Shown here: positions 11,997-24,287 of the stretch, in pieces
How positions within the stretch are numbered: position 1 is the stretch's first letter
Layout of the letters: each line of letters starts with the position of its first letter
NCBI RefSeq assembly: GCF_963506605.1
Contig: NC_083286.1
Span: forward strand, 60,822,001-60,886,000
DNA from: Zootoca vivipara
Taxonomy: Eukaryota
Direction of reading: 5' to 3'
DNA: 64,000 bases
Position numbers and translations under genes: made by a program
Notes under the pieces: generated by a model
The model's database searches: none
What the model was told of the DNA's origin: nothing
The model's input: the letters and a program-made list of their open reading frames with translations, nothing else

Positions 11997-14695
11997 ACAT
12001 ATGTCACCGATACATTTTGCAGGGAACCGTGATTGTCTACGGACCACAGGAAGCTGCCTCACAAGTCAGACAAGCTCAGCATCAACACTACCTGGAGACA
12101 TCAGGGCTTGAACCAGGGACCATGAGGTGGAGTTCAACGTCACTCTATTACAAATGTTGCGTCTGCGCAAGCGTATCCACTTGCCAGATAGAACACCCCA
12201 CCCCTTACACACATGTGCAGTGTTCAGGGGCGGCCCTACCACACCCTCCAGAGCCAATTTAAGGGGGTGCTGAGTAGAGACAACGAAACCCCATTGCACC
12301 AGTAGAAGTCCTTGCGTAGCACTTCCGCAGATGGGTTTGATTAAGAGAAGCCCGGCCTTTCTGTTTCCAAAGCACATACATGCTCCATTACCAAGCTATG
12401 GATCCTGTGGCTCTTTATACACGCCATGGGAAGCCCTGTTCTTTTCCTGCATGGTGTGCGAAAGAGACCCATGCTGATCGAGATGCAGGCCTAAACAAGC
12501 TAGGCTTTGCTCATTTGCATTGTCTCTGTACCAGGGAGGGGAAATAATTGCAGGTCTCAGAGCCGTTTTGCCACACTTTGCCACAAACAAGTGCCTGTAC
12601 TCTCTTAATCTGCGCAGTGCTAATGACTATTATTAGCATCTTCTAATCGTGACTTGGCATCCCCCTTCTAATGAAGATGGGTTGTTGGCAACCAGCCCCC
12701 AGCAACAAATATAGAAGCTGAAGAGGAGAGTGCTTCATCATGGTGGGTGGGAGCTGCAGGCAGTTGGATTCACTTGTCCATGCCGCAGCATCACAACCTC
12801 CTTTAAAAGGTACAAAGGTACTATAGCTCCTTGATTCCCTAAGAACTTTGGAGCCGGGAAGAATTCTGCACAGGCCAAATTTTTCACAGGACTTCTACAA
12901 AAGACAGTTAGGTGGCCAGTTTAGTCTAAAAGTTGAGTCACGTATGGGTGATGTAACAGCAAACTGGCATATCAATCATTTTATTCCTTTTTTGAGGGGT
13001 GCCATTTACTTTTAAAAACAATAATTAGACTGTCCTGGGAATTTTAATTATTAGGGGCTATGAATCTGATTTTGGGTGTGCTCCAGGTATTGGGAGGAAG
13101 AGTGCAGTGTTAACAAAAGTCATTTTTTTTAAATTGTTTGACATAGCAAATGTGATGCATAGATTTGTGTATGCATATGTATAGGGTTTCTTGGAGAGGC
13201 CTAGACCTGGTACTGCTCTGGAGCAAAATGGGCAGCAGTTTCAGATGCCTTTGGACTGATACTAGGGAGGCACGGTTCAAATGTGATATTGCAAATCCCA
13301 ACAGGGATTCACTAATAAATCCAACTTCTGCTGAGTTGTTGTTGTTTTTACTCTAAACACCAGCACATCAACCTTTCCTTCCTCAGAGAAGTTTCATGAG
13401 TAAAACAGAATCTGGGAGGAGCTGCCTACAGCTTCACGTTAGGGGTACATTGTGATGCTTTGTTGTATGTTGTAAGTCCAACTCGTATTTTGCTTAATGC
13501 TACAAAGAGGATTATGCTGAGCAATCGGGAAATGATATTATTTCAGGCCTCACACAGCTTACTTAACCCATTTGGACTGTGATCCTACAACTGGAATTCT
13601 AAAGAATCTTCCCCTACAGCCTCGGCCACATCCCTTTGCAAAATCCTTTTCAGATGCCATGCGTAGCTGCAGCGAGCAAGCATGGGTTTGACTGGCTGCA
13701 TAGGATTGTCATGCCTGAAACCAACCTCTCCGTTTGGATGCCGTGTGGGCAGCAGCCTGCTAAGCAGAGGTAAGGAACTCCATGTGCACCTTCGCTCATC
13801 AGCAGAAGCAGACAGTTGCCTGCCCACACTCGTGCCAAAGTGAGTCATCGCTTCGCTTCTTGCTGGTATGAAGCAGACACCTGCCCAACCCAGTGTGAAT
13901 GCTGGGTTTTAGCAGCCTAGGATAGAGAAGTGGATCTCTAAGCCTCTTCCGTATAGAGCTGACACCTTTTTGCCCAGCAAAAGCTCTGTGCCTTTTACAT
14001 TTGCACAACAGGCCATAATCCAAGAAGTGTGACATTTATGCGCACAGCCAAGAAAAACGGCACAGGTTGAAGGTCTGCATTTTAGCACTCGAAAATGGCC
14101 TAGATGCTAAGACCGGCCTCTGCAGACCAGGTTTTAGGCCTCTCTGCTATTTGACGGAAGGCAGGCAGTAACTGCAGACCCGGCCTTCTCTATTCTGGTG
14201 CCCTGCTTCTGAAATTTGCACCCACCCCCACCCAAAAGGATTGCAAGGCACCAACTTTCTCAGATGGAAAACTCCTTTTATTTGCCAAGGCCATTCAGGT
14301 GCTTTAACATGCAGGTTTTATTTTACACTTGGTTTTATTTTGCTCTGCTGCAATTTATTTAATTGTGTTTCTTTTTTCTTAGAGCATACAATAATAATTT
14401 GATGCCATCCACATCTTCTTGTATAGTACTGGATAGCCAGCATGCTTCTTGGGAAGCTCATAGAAAAACAGGGGTGAAAAAAATGCACTTTGGATCACTG
14501 TGCAAATACACTTTTTTCATATACCCATATTAAGATGCGGAAATGTTTTCCATCACCAGATTTCAGTTCACACTACTTCAATTACTTGAGGGAGAGGTGA
14601 GTAGAGGGAGAAACAAAAAACGAACTGAACTTGAGAACAATGACTCTTAGAGCAAACCATGGTAGAAAGTATTAGGTTGTCAGGCTGCAAAATAT

Positions 14696-15123
14696 CTTCT
14701 TCTTTAGCGATCCCTCCTAGCCAAGATTGTATTCCATAAACACAGTTTTAATAATGAGTCCGTAAGTGACTGTGCAGGCCAATTCTGGATCCACACATCC
14801 TTCCACAGTGGGGAAATTGGTTCCTGGGCAGGAGTTGATCACCGTGTGGATTTGCCAAGTGTGCCTTCCTCTACTTTTCTCCCTTGTGTTCTGAGTTCAA
14901 GTGTCTTCAAAGCCCATGTCACCTTTGGTAAAGGCTGTTCTCCAACTGGAGTGCTCACAGGCCAGTGTTTCCCAGTTGTCTGTGTTCATCCTACATTTTT
15001 TTAGATTTGCCTTGAGACAGTCTTTAAACCTCTTTTGTTGACCACCAGCATCACGCTTTCCATTTTTAAGTTCGGAATAGAGTAGCTGCTTTGGAAGACG
15101 ACAAGGTGATGATCCAGCGAGTG
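14696..15123 (-). mobile_element. RTE-clade LINE, 5'-truncated
   Basis: Encodes RLPKQLLYSELKNGKR..GGQQKRFKDCLKANLKKC; has a (GAA)n tail and a 14-bp TSD AGGCTGCAAAATAT (14682-14695, 15124-15137). Confidence 0.88.
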
Positions 15124-15244
15124 AGGCTGCAAAATATACGGCACTCAAGATGAGAATACCATGTAATGGAACCAGGGATTGCACAGACCACCTCCCCTGT
15201 TGTGTCACCAATTGTCCATTATCGGTTGCATCAAGGGAGTTGAT

Positions 15245-15845
15245 TTAGGGCCAAGCAATGATATTGTAGATAGCATTGGCAATCAATCTGCGGCTGTTCT
15301 GCATTAACTGGAAGGACAACCCAGCTCGCTCTGTACTCCAGTTGCAAAAATCTGGATCATGACCCTTTTTGTCCTGCATCCTCACACTGATTGACAATAA
15401 AAGAATCAGGTGAGTTTAAGTTGCTGGAATCCCACTGATTTAAGCGTTGCAATGAATACAGCTCATTACCAACCCATCTCGAATTCAGAATGGAGATCTT
15501 AACAGGGCCCATGTTTCCTCTACAATCTGCATCCTTTTCATACCTTACAACATTGAGAAATTGCACTACAGGGTGCTCAAGAAAAGAGAAGTGGCGAGAA
15601 TTTTATGAACACCCAACATTCAGCAATCAACAAACACAAAATGAAACTAGAAACTTGCATTTAATTCCTTGCAATGTAATCCAGTTAAAGGGGTGGAGAA
15701 GAAACAGGGCACTTGAATTATTCTTGATGAAATTTGAGGCACATTTTGCAATGTTAATGAAGGGACACCTTAGTACATAGTACAACCAGTGGATTTCTAC
15801 ACATATTATTTCAAATAAACTGATCTGAACAGATGGAAAAACCAT
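15245..15845 (-). pseudogene. Candidate highly decayed intronless type I interferon pseudogene
   Basis: ATG at 15845; signal-like QISLFEIICVEIHWLYY; VHKIL at codon ~79-83; CNWSTERA at codon ~167; TAA at 15247-15245. Needs one net frameshift and contains several stops. Weak similarity judged by eye. Confidence 0.3.
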
Positions 15846-16252
15846 CCAGGTTTAACATTCTTACATGAAAGATGCCAAATGGCACTCTGTAATCAGTCAT
15901 GGCACAGAGTCTTCTTCTCTATGGCTTATTTTAATTGTTTGGAACACTTGGAAGGAAAATCTAGGTAGCATGTGCAACTGGGTGCGGACAAAATGTGTTT
16001 TTGAGCAAACATGCCCTTAGGAAACCTCTAGGAAGCATTGCGGCTGTACCCATGGAAATGTACAAAGCTGTCTGGAAGTGAACCAACTCTAGGTTGTAGC
16101 CAAACTAAATTCAGGGTGCAAGGAAGGAAAGCAGAAGACACGGTGGGGCACTGTACTGCAGACACATCCAGAGCTCCTCCTAAAACCACAACAGAATTAT
16201 AGTGGACCAAGGGTCTCTGGTCGAACCCCCTACAATGCAGAATTCACAGATA

Positions 16253-16944
16253 CCGTGTTTCTCACAAAATAAGACGTGCCTATAAAATAGCCAGGGCTCG
16301 ATTTTCTCAAGGCAATAAAATATAAGACATACCCCAAAAATAAGACGTGCTGGGGGTACTGGTACCGTACCGTGGCGGGAACAGGTCTGGATGGCGCTTC
16401 CACAAGGAACAGGAAAAGGAAGATACCTGTCCTTGCCGGAAGCGAATGCGCAGCGTGCGCCACATGGAGCTCAGACGAAGCGGGGGCCAGCAGAAGCTGC
16501 AGCGCACGCCACGCCAAGTCCCGACCCAGCGGGAGCCGGCAAAGGCAGCAGCGCACGCCGTGCTGAGCCCCGACTGAGCGAGAGCCGGCAAAGGCAGCAG
16601 CACACGCCGCGCCCCGACCCAGCGGGAGCCGGCAAGAGCAGCGGTGCGCTTTTGGGCAGCAAAAAAGGGCAGTAGTCCAATTGTGCAGCAGTCGCACAAT
16701 TCTCTGTGAGGATACCGGTACCAGCCCAAAACGACCATAGGATACCAACTCTGTGAGGATACCAGCCCAAAACTACTGGTAGAGTACTTTCTTTTCTTCA
16801 ATACAAAAATTCTATACAGAAATTTGCTTCAAATTATTTTGCTTCACCATTAGATTGCTGTACCATACTTAATATTTTTTTAAAAAAGACATCCCCTGAA
16901 AATAAGCCGTGGTGTGTTTTTGGGAGGAAAAATAAATATCACGG
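16253..16944. mobile_element. Tc1/mariner (Tc2/pogo-like) non-autonomous element with GC-rich internal repeats
   Basis: TA|CCGTG...CACGG|TA ends; recurrent AAAATAAGAC subterminal motifs; three ~45-bp units CCGACCCAGCGGGAGCCGGCAAAGGCAGCAGC at ~16520-16645. Confidence 0.7.
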
Positions 16945-17275
16945 TAATCATGCCCCATACTGACAGAGGCAGCAAGTCAACACAACAGGACCATCTTGCC
17001 CATGCTATGCAAGGGGGGCTAGCCTGCGGGCCTCTAGAGGTTGCTGCATTACAACTCCCATCATTCCTGCTATGCTGGTGAGGCTGATGGGAGTTATAGC
17101 CCAACATCACCCAGAGGCCCACAGGCTACCCATCCCAATGCAATAGAATTCATTCACAAAAAAGGGCACAATCCCATTGCAGTTTCTTGTACTCCTAAGG
17201 TGTGAAGGGACACTGATTCAATATGGACTGAAAGGCGCTGTGTGAAATCGCAAGGAATGCAAGATCATGGGATCA

Positions 17276-17741
17276 TGTTGTTGTTGTTTAGTCGTTTAGC
17301 CGTGTCTGACTCTTTGTGACCCCATGGACCAGAGCACGCCAGGCACTCCTGTCTTGCACTGCCTCTCGCAGTTTGGTCAAACTCATGTTCGTAGCTTCGA
17401 GAACACTGTCCAACCATCTCGTCCTCTGTCGTCCCCTTCTCCTAGTGCGCTCCATCTTTCCCAACATCAGGGTCTTTTCCAGGGAGTCTTTTCTTCTTAT
17501 GAGGTGGCCAAAGTATTGGAGCCTCAGCTTCACGATCTGTCCTTCCAGTGAGCACTCAGGGCTGATTTCCTCCAGAATGGATAGGTTTGATCTTCTTGCA
17601 GTCCATGGGACTCTCAAGAGTCTCCTCCAGCACCATAATTCAAAAGCATCAATTCTTCGGCGATCAGCCTTCTTTATGGTCCAGCTCTCACTTCCATACA
17701 TCACTACTGGGAAAACCATAGCTTTAACTATACGGACCTTT
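17276..17741 (-). mobile_element. BovB (RTE) LINE 3' fragment
   Basis: MVFPVVMYGSESWTIKKADRRRIDAFELWCWRRLLRVPWTARRSN...HGVTKS, with a (CAA)n tail. Confidence 0.95.
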
Positions 17742-17747
17742 ATTATT

Positions 17748-17751
<4 letters not shown>

Positions 17752-17778
<27 letters not shown>

Positions 17779-17794
17779 TAGTAATAATAATAAT
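17752..17794. repeat. (TAA)n microsatellite
   Basis: Direct reading. Confidence 0.9.
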
Positions 17795-18255
17795 GGATTG
17801 TCATCCTGAGCCTGAGAGATTGAAGGCACAGGGGATGATAGACGAAACGGAGAAAAGCACTTCTATTTCCACGTAGGTAGCACCACACATGCCCAGCAGG
17901 CTATGTTCTCCTTCGGCAAGTCAATGCCATTGTGAGAAACTAGGTGGCTACGTCTAAGGTCTATTTAATAAGTCTAGATGCAAGTTAATTACTATTTCAC
18001 ATGTCCCAAGCAGGTGCATACCTCTCATTGGGTTGTCTTTATTTTTATTCTGTATTTTGTGTTTTTTATGCAGTAATTTTATGTTGTGAACTGCCCTGAG
18101 AGCTATAGGTACAGGGTGGTAGGCAGATTTAAATAGTAAGAAGCAGCTGTTCTAGCAGTGTAAAAGCCATGCTTAGTTTTGACCATCTCTACATACAAGG
18201 AATCAATGTAGTTACCCACTCCAGGAACCTACTGTTTTTTGTCACATGCAAACGC

Positions 18256-18432
18256 AGGAAGCCGCCTAGTCACACCATTGCTCTCTTTAGCTCAGGACTG
18301 TCCAGATTGACCGCAGCTCTCCAGGGCCTCAGACAGCAAAGTCTTCTCCAACCACACCTGGAGATTTATCAGGGGTTGAATTTGGGGGCTCCTGTGTGCA
18401 TCGCGTGTGTTTTATCACTGAGCTACAGCCCT
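18256..18432 (-). mobile_element. tRNA-derived squamate SINE (Squam3-like)
   Basis: Minus strand begins AGGGCTGTAGCTCAGTGA (A box) with a B-box-like TTCAACCCC; similar to 33665-33830. Confidence 0.6.
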
Positions 18433-18618
18433 TGCTTTGGAAAGCACCAAACAGCCAGTTTAACGTGATCCTGGAAAACAAAGACTGACTGATACGGGGC
18501 ATATTGTGCTTTCAAACATAGAAGGCAGCAGAAGCAATTCTGGCTTTATAGTCATTTGTTTACCCCATCCCACTCCACTCACTGCTTTAATGCAGCAACA
18601 CTTCCAAGTTGTCTTTTG

Positions 18619-19184
18619 TGTGGGGATTACACGAGGAAATTGTGCAGGCATGTGTGGGAATGACTGAGATCTGGTGCTGGCAAGCCACACCGATCTTTGA
18701 GAGTGTGGGCATTAGCGCGGCAAGCCAGCTAATGTCAGAATGGGAGACACGTGAAGAAGGACAGGTCAGAGGCTCAGGTCAGCAGGGCAACAGGTCACAA
18801 CAGAGCTAGAAGGATCAAGGAGGATCTGGATGGAACTGGATGAATCAGGACAAACCAGATGGGTCAAGCCAAGGAGGGTAACACAATGGGAACTAGGAGG
18901 GGGTGTTTACAGAGTGACATGTGCTTGGAGCATGGACAGAGGGCATGGCAAAACAACACGTGGGCTATGGAGGATGTCTTAGGGAGTGACCGGGTGTGAC
19001 GTTACAGGAAACATCACCTTGTATGGGACTGCACTGCTGTAATTGGCTAGAAGTTACACTGTCGTTGTAATGATTAACTGTCATCCTGAGCTTTCAATAA
19101 AAGGAAGCCCTCGAGCTCTGCTCTTGGTCGCCTTCCCATTGAGTTCAACCTGCCTCGAGTCGTGTGTCTTTGCCCCAGACAACA
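18619..19184 (+). mobile_element. Solo LTR (566 bp)
   Basis: TG...CA ends, 5-bp TSD TTTTG (18614-18618, 19185-19189), ATTGG box and AATAAA (~19096) followed by a U5-like GT-rich tail. Confidence 0.65.
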
Positions 19185-20654
19185 TTTTGCGCATCCTATA
19201 GCATTAGTTCCTCATGCAGTTCTACAGGCTTCCAAGCGGATTAAAAATGCAAACTGCATGCAATTTCAAATACGCAGTTTCGAAAGTATACATTGACAAG
19301 GGCTATTCTCTCTTCTTTGTAACTGTGATGTTACCTCTCTTTCAAGCTTGTGTGTGTAAGTTCAGAATCAGGTTTCTCCAGAAGCTTCTGAAAACTCTGC
19401 AAATCTCTCTTTCTCTCTCACTGTGTGTGTGTGTGTGTGTCCATCACCGATGTACCAAGAAAGCTTTTGAGGAAATAAAAAGACTTTGCTTTAGACTATC
19501 TGCCTAATAAACCATCTGTTTGGATTGAATAAGCATCTATTGGGACCCAAGCAGTGCAGTTTGCAAACCACCACCATCCGGAAATAAAGAAGGGCACCAT
19601 CCCCTCAACAAATTAAGCGTGGGAGTTAGCGGAAAAACTCGCACTTCAGACGAATCCACACATTTGATTTTATACACCACTCTTGAACATCAAATTTAAA
19701 AAGTTACAATTCACTGAACAGGTTGGTTGCAGCTTAGAACATTTCATTATCATATATCTATATCTATATCTATGTATATATATTTTAGAAAAAAGACAAA
19801 ACAATATCCAGATGAAAGACTGTGACAAACAGCAAATCCTGTCATAGGCAGCTTTGCAAAGATCAAGGTACCATAGGAGAAAGGCACGCTAACCTCTGAT
19901 TGGTCCTGTGTGCTGTCATTTGGATGAAAATTGTAGTGACATATAACCCTGAGACTGTGGGAGGCTATGAGCAAGAGTTGACCAGGTGCACAAGCCCATT
20001 TTTAAAAGTACAAGTTTAAGGAGGTTTAAGATCCAGCACCCAGATGACGACATTCATTTCACCTCAAGGGAATGGAAGGAAACTGCATTCTGCGTGCAAG
20101 GCTGGGATGCTAGTCTCCAAAGCTGCTGGGATTATGTCTCAGAAACACCCCACTTGGTTTGACTTGTAGCGAATTCACAATTTCCCCAGGGTATGTATCT
20201 AACTAACAGTGTCACTTACCTGACACTCAGGTATCCATCAGTGGAATTTAGGGGGCGGGACCTCCCCTAAATCTGCTCTAGAGGAGCCCTGACTGCTGTG
20301 CAGCAGATTTAATAGGGGTAGTGTGGCTGTAGGGTAGAAAGGGGAATTACAAAAACCCAAAACCCTGTTCCACTGATAGATGTTTTACCACCGACTGAGC
20401 ACCGCCACTGGACCCAACCCTATGCCCAAGATGTTGGAAGCATAAAGTTCAAAACATGCCATACAGATGGCACAGACCCTTTGCAAACTGGTGTATCATA
20501 CAGCTGTTAGCTGGAGGTCCAACCCTGGTTAAGACCCCCTATTGACCATGTTTCATTAGCAGGCCCATCTTTGCGACACATGATATGTGAAACAGCCCTC
20601 AGTGTTTCCTGTGTGTCCAGGCACTTAAGAGAGGAAATGATTTTTTGGGACAGT

Positions 20655-20660
20655 TTTATT
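20655..20660 (-). terminator. DCAF12: Candidate distal poly(A) signal of DCAF12
   Basis: AATAAA on minus strand ~2.56 kb past the stop; another at 20879-20884. Confidence 0.4.
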
Positions 20661-22730
20661 CGGGGAAGAGGGGCAGTTATTCAACAGACTCTCATAAATG
20701 TATGAACAAAGGCCCTTGCAGCCATGTGCCTATAGAAAGTGTTTACATGTAAAACTCTACCATTCATGTTTATGACTAGGTTTATGACAAAGGGACGCAC
20801 ACCTAGGAGCTGGAGCTGACAGGCAGCCAGCACCACATCGTGTGTCTGGCTCACTGTGGTTTTTTGTTTTCCTTAAATTTTATTAATCTAGATTTTCAAG
20901 ATAGCCTGTGAAAGAGAACCATAAAACAAATATAAAGCAGATCAAAAACATTGCTGTTAAATGCAAAATTGCTGCCCCGGAATACATGATGCAGCCTCAA
21001 TGTCTGTAGGCATAAGCTCTTCTTTCAGCCTCCGTTTTTCTCAATCACAAGATGGAAGATGAAATAAGGACTTAACAAGGATCCCAACATTTGACACCAC
21101 AGGTGCTTTTAGAAGTTCTCTTCCCCCTTTTGCAGGAAAGAATCTCCGATCGTAAGGGGAGCGAGAGAAGCTAATGTTACCATGAAATATGCTTTCTTCA
21201 AGCTCCAGACCAAAGTCCAGGGGCACAGTTGCATTTCCAAGGAACCCTTTAAGCTTGCACAGTATTAAAACCGCAACTCAATGCAAGCTGCAAAGTATTA
21301 TGGCAGTGGCTCTCTTTAGATCTCTGACTTCTGACAGCCAAAACCCAGCATACGAATTAGAAATTGGAGGCATATTTCATCCATCTCTTTGCCCAACCCC
21401 AGGGGTAAAAACAGGCTTACGTTCAGACTATGCCTTTCAGAGAAAGGGCTGCCTTCAATCCTCAGAGGAGCACAGCCCCTTCTTCTGCATGAGTCTCAGT
21501 TCCACACAGGCCTCCATAACAAAGAAACTGAAGAGACACAATGGACAGCCATAGCTGAAGGCCAATACTCGTGCTCCTTTGTTACACTAGGAGGGCCAGA
21601 AAGCTCTGCATCACACCCAGTGCAGACATGGGGCTAACATTATCCAGAACCAACAGAAGCTGCTTGGAAGAATGCCAGACCAGAGTATTGAATCACACAG
21701 AGAGACGCATCAGCCAGTCTTGCCTAAGACGTGGATTTCTTCAGCTCACTACTTATTTCCAGCCCCACAAGTGCAGTTTCTTTGTGGCACAGCAGCAGCA
21801 GCAGCATCCTTTGGCAAACTGGACAGCAAAACTGAACTCCAGCTGAGAAGAAGCAAAAGGGCTTCAAGCTCCAGTTTTGTCTTGCGGTGTTGTTTCTTGT
21901 CTTGGCAGAGGGGAAGCAAAGCAAGCATTTTGCCATAACAACAAACACCATGCTGCAAGTGCGCTTTCTTGGATGGTCCAATTTAGATGGGTTACAAATT
22001 ACGGGGTGCAGCTGCACTGGGGTCAGCGGCTGAACAGCCACATGGGTCACTGTGGGACTTCCATCGAGAAAGCCCCAAAGGCCAGGCACGAGCGAAAAGT
22101 CTCAGCTCATGTGCAGTTAAGTCCAGAAGACCAACCTATGGCTCGTGCTGCTTCCTTGTGGAATCTTGGACCGCCTTGCTAATAAACCCAACACAAGGCA
22201 GTCATCGGCACTCCATGTTAAACAGAGCTATGTAGGGTTTGCGTTGTTAGTCACTATCCCTGCAGTGCTAAAAGATGTTTCAGTGGCTTTAATGAGCTGG
22301 GCCACACACAATTTTCAATGCTGGAGGCTGTTTGGGGTAGTTATTTGGCAGATCTATGGGGCCAGTCTCAGAAAGCATTTCACCCAGCAGAACTAAAAAT
22401 CTCACACAAGTGGACTCTGAAAACTGGCCATTTCTTCCTCCTACACCTCCTTTCTCATGGACCAGCTCTCATGGACCACAAATTTTGCCCTGCAATCAGT
22501 CTATACACTCATATCCTTCCTGTGGATCCGTGGGAGGAGGAAAGGGGAAAAGAGAAGGCAAGACAGGCCTAGTCCACAGCTCACATGTTGGACCACAGTA
22601 CAGCATCGTTAAACTTGTACTTTTCAGAATAATGTGAAGCCATGTGCAAGCTGGGCTCTGTGGATAAAGTAGTAACGTATCTCATTATATAAATACTTTT
22701 TAATTTTTTTCCTTTTAATTACAAGAAGCT

Positions 22731-22736
22731 TTTATT
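22731..22736 (-). terminator. DCAF12: Candidate proximal poly(A) signal of DCAF12
   Basis: AATAAA on minus strand followed by two ATTAAA, ~490 nt past the stop. Confidence 0.4.
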
Positions 22737-23220
22737 CCAGGTAATGTGACTGACAAAGTACCAGCACGTACGTACATACACCCCAACGCACACACACACT
22801 TGCACTCGCAGCCCCTGGGCTTTCACAGAAAGCTTGGCAGCAGCCGATCTAATGGAGGATTTCTACCTCACAGCAAAGTAAGGGGAGGAGGGGGCATGTA
22901 AGTTTGGTTAGCCTAAGTTCAGGGCAAAGACCCAGCCATTTTTAAGAAATGCAATAAAAAGAGGGGTTTATAAACCCTGTTGTAGAAAGATCAAAGGAGA
23001 TTAAACCAAAACTAAAACTGTTCAAAAAATGTACAAAAACTGTCGGGAGACGGGTGGAAGAGGCTGCTCCCCTTCTGAAAAGAAAAGAAAAGGTTGACCC
23101 CCAAGATGCATCAAAACCAGAAGAGAACAGTGTAGTCGTCACACAAGTCCGTTGTGTTTTAAAAACAAAATGCAGAGGGGGAAGTAATTCGCACGAAAGA
23201 GCTTTGTTTGGAAAGAGTTA

Positions 23221-23382
<162 letters not shown>

Positions 23383-24108
23383 TCAAAGGAAAGGGCAACA
23401 ACTGAGTCAGTTATGACCTTCCCTGCAACTGGCTGCACATCCCTAGGAGCACTCGAAGGGAACTGGGAAGCTGCCGACCAGCTCGGAAACCCAAGCTGTT
23501 TAACAAGATGGGGAACAGCAGCAAAATCAAAGTCAACAATTCAAGCTGAAGCTGGTTTTCAGCCAAAGGAATGTCCTTTCTCCAACCCCACCCCTTTGAC
23601 TAAGAGGCAAGTCCTTTCCATAAGGCAAGTGACTAAGGTGGCAAATTCACACAGGCCTGCTGCCCACCAGGCAAGGCTTCCCACTTCCTCCCTCTCCCTC
23701 TAAGGAGGGCTTTTACACTTTGCACAGTAACTTTAAACTTTAAATGCCCTTCTAGGACAGAATGCCTCACTCTGAGGAAGGACCTTTTTGGCCCTACCTA
23801 GACCAAGGCAGGATGGAGAGAGCACTGCCACCAGCAGGGGAGAGGAAGGGACGGCAGCAGTGGCAGGAGAAGATGCGGAGATTGCGGTGGCGCAATCTCG
23901 TGTCGGCTCTGCAGACGAAACTCTTACAGAAAGGAAAAGCAAGAGCTTCCAATAGCCTGGCATATCCATTCAATAGAAAGAGCAAGCAACTTATTTCACC
24001 TGTATCTGGCAACGCTGCCAGAACAGAGCCCTCAGTCAGTGGAAGAGCCTTTAAAAGAAGCAATGTTTGTGGTAAGGCTACCTCTCGTTCACACTGCAAG
24101 CTACTCAC

Positions 24109-24287
24109 CAGCCAACCTTTGCCAGTCGACAACTTGAGAATTTCACTTCCTCCTAATTTTGTTCCGTAGCAACTGTGCAGCGGCTTCTCATCCAGGAACC
24201 TCTGGGCTCGGATGTCATAGAACAGCAAGGAACCCTGCCCGGTCCCCACTGTGATAATGTGTTCGTAGAAGCTCACAGAGCGAATAC
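24109..24287 (-). CDS. DCAF12: DCAF12 exon 8
   Basis: (G)[31 protein letters not shown]...GKGWL; 179 nt; cag| and |gtgagt. Confidence 0.97.

Noticed and set aside
17316-17876. 186-aa ORF with poly-Ile run
   Set aside because: Antisense of BovB plus a (TAA)n microsatellite.
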